Source of the DNA: Malacoraja senta
Lineage: Eukaryota
Reading direction: 5' to 3'
Assembly (NCBI GenBank): GCA_038087875.1
Contig: CM075980.1
Location: 1,612,001 to 1,676,000, forward strand
Length of the DNA: 64,000 nucleotides
Shown here: piece by piece, positions 61,909 to 64,000 of the stretch
Numbering within the stretch: position 1 is the first letter of the stretch
Layout: every line of letters begins with the position of its first letter
Notes under the pieces: generated by a model
Told to the model about the DNA's origin: nothing
The model's database searches: none
The model's input: the letters and a program-made list of their open reading frames with translations, nothing else
Program-made: the position numbers and the translations under genes

Positions 61909-63586
61909 GCAGAGCAACCAGAAATATTTCTGAACCATGGGATTGTACAAGGTGCTGTATAATTGTAGGTCTCATTTTTCCTTTTTTTCTGTGATGACTA
62001 ACAGATTTGTGGGAGTGTTAATGGCTGGATTCCCAAGCTAGGTAGCTGGAAAACTTTTCCACGGGCATGTTTCATAAGTATTTAACAATTGCCAATAGTA
62101 ATCTTTCTTGAATGCTGATCACAATAATGTATTGAGAAGTCTCACTGGCACCCAGTCATTGCATTGGCATGCAGCAACCTGTGGGTGGAATGTAGATGGA
62201 TCTGACCCATCTGCTCAGGAGAAGATGGGTGTAAGTCCCATCTGGACTCTTTACAGCCTTCGGCTACCCACACTAATCCGTGCCAGCACCTGTTGCTCAT
62301 TGAGTCCCGGTCTTGGAGTGTTTGAAGTCTGGGTCTTGTATGGGAGTGACTGAATCCCACCGATTCCTTTTGGTACTGCGCATAGCAGGCTTCACTACTG
62401 AGTCAATTACTTACATTTCCTTGCTTTTCACCCATAATAGTTGTCTGATTTATTCTCCTGAGCAAAAAAAAAACCAAATTGCTGCCAGAACTCAGCAGTC
62501 AGGCAGCATCTATGGAGGGAAGATGGAGTGACGATGTTTCGGATCAGGTCCCATCTTCAGGCTGATGTCGTAGAATGCATGTAGCTTGGTTGGAAGAAAG
62601 GCGTAGAGGGATGGAGCAAGAGTTGGCAAGTGGGTGGATTCAGATATGGAGGATTGATCAGCAGGCAAGTCAGAAAGGGGAACGAATAGTGGGATTAGTA
62701 ACCAAGGCTGGAGGGATAATGTGGTGAAGACATAGGGGTTGAAGATTAGGGAGGGTGTCAGGGGTTACAGGGAGAAGGCAGGAGATTGGGGTTGAGAGGA
62801 ATAATATATCAACCATGATTGAATGGTGAAGATAGACACAAAATGGAGAGAAGGAATGGGAGACGTTTCGGGTCGAGCCCCCTTTTCAGCCTTAAATATA
62901 TTCACTGACTTGGCCTCCACAGCCATCTGTGGCAAAGAATTCCACAGATTCCCACCATCAGCTGGTTACAAGCTACTTCAATTCCCCTTCCCGTTCTCAT
63001 ACGGACCTGTCTGCCCTTGGCTGGTCTCTACTGCAAGAGTGCACCCATTCCTACACTGACCTTTCTGTCCTGGGCCTCCATTGCCAAGCAGACTGGAGAG
63101 ACAGCACCTCGTACTCAGCTTGAGTAGCTTATGAACCAACAGTATGAACATTCAATTCCCCCCCACCGCTCTGTCCCCATCGCCCCTTTTTCTCCATCTC
63201 CCATCAGACTTGTTACTACTATAAGAAATGGCTTTAAACTAGTTTTGTTGCTATTGCCTATTTAAAATAAGAAAAGCTCCAATGCAGCACAAATGGGTAA
63301 TCTGTGTGCTTTTGCTGATTACCAGAGACATTGTTTCAGATATTGTTTATCGAATTGGAAACATGATGATTTCTTTACAACTCCAGAAAACAATGCTGAC
63401 GTTGTTTGACTGGCGATCCCTGCAAACTGCGAGACAACCATTTTACTGGGGAAAAGGTCATCTTCAGATTCAGTGCATTGGTTGGTATTGAACACTTTGT
63501 CAGACTGTTCAGCTTCGATTGCAGCAGTGGCTTATTCGCTCCTTGTCCTGTATATAAAAGGTGTGAACATGTTGCCACCTTAAATG

Positions 63587-63905
63587 GCAGTCACGGTGAG
63601 GCAGCGATAGAGTTGCTGCCTTACAGCGAATGCAGCGCCGGAGACCCGGGTTTGATCCCGACTACGGGTGCTGTCTGTACGGAGTTTGTTTTGTACGTTC
63701 TCCCCGTGACCTGCGTGGGTTTTCTCCGAGATCTTCGGTTTCCTCCCACATTCCCAAGACGTACAGGTTTGTAGGTTAATTGGCTTGGTAAAATGTAAAA
63801 AATGTCCCTAGTGGGTGTAGGATAGTGTTAATCTGTGGGGATCGATGGGCTTCGCGGACCCGGTGGGCCGAAGGGCCTGTTTCCGTGCTGTATCTCTAAA
63901 CTAAA
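63587..63905 (+). mobile_element. Full-length HE1-like V-SINE
   Basis: tRNA-like head (subfamily with CAGCGAATGCAGCG), V-domain, tail GGGCCGAAGGGCCTGTTTCCGTGCTGTATCTCTAAACTAAA. Confidence 0.88.
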
Positions 63906-64000
63906 TAAGCTGCCCATTCTTGATATATGCTAAAGAGTTTATTGTTACGGCAACGCTATCATTCTGAAAGCATCGTCTCGCTCTGCAGTACAGCATTTCA

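Larger units (their letters stand above)
15105..64000 (+). other. Large ARVCF intron (continues beyond the window)
   Basis: GT donor at 15105; no match found by eye to the next ARVCF exon (EQSPGS...TETK-like). Confidence 0.7.

Noticed and set aside
63587-63670. tRNA genes at this and similar A/B-box sites
   Set aside because: They continue into V-domain and LINE-like tails, so they are SINE heads.
15105-64000. Downstream ARVCF exons, including armadillo repeats
   Set aside because: No matching translation found in the ORF track or by eye; a short diverged exon could have been missed.

Overview
Eukaryotic (vertebrate) DNA, almost certainly a cartilaginous fish and probably a skate or ray, judged from the repeat landscape (HE1-type V-SINEs with CR1/HER1-type tails, abundant Penelope-like fragments). 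The only host coding sequence I can support is the first coding exon of the p120-catenin family gene ARVCF (14895-15104, + strand). It has candidate 5'UTR exons upstream and is followed by an intron running past the window end (>48 kb). The rest is intronic DNA dense with transposons: CR1 and Rex1/Babar LINE fragments, V-SINEs, a near-complete but disabled Passport-like Tc1 element (44970-46587), a Ty3/Gypsy RNase H-integrase fragment nested in a Penelope-like element (PLE), a palindromic MITE, and a 200-N assembly gap. Three observations stand out. (1) Roughly 35 (counted by eye) PLE-terminus elements carry a minimal hammerhead-ribozyme-like motif, many inserted as fold-back units with 12-16 bp target duplications and sometimes a captured filler. 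(2) A 594-bp CAAAG...CTTTG DNA element with an 8-bp TSD contains a nested 32-33 bp mini-copy with its own TSD plus extra internal ends. (3) A family of CpG-rich, non-tRNA retroposons shares two conserved hairpins. No prokaryotic-type system, CRISPR array or RNA gene is evident. Repeat boundaries are approximate unless a TSD or TIR is cited.
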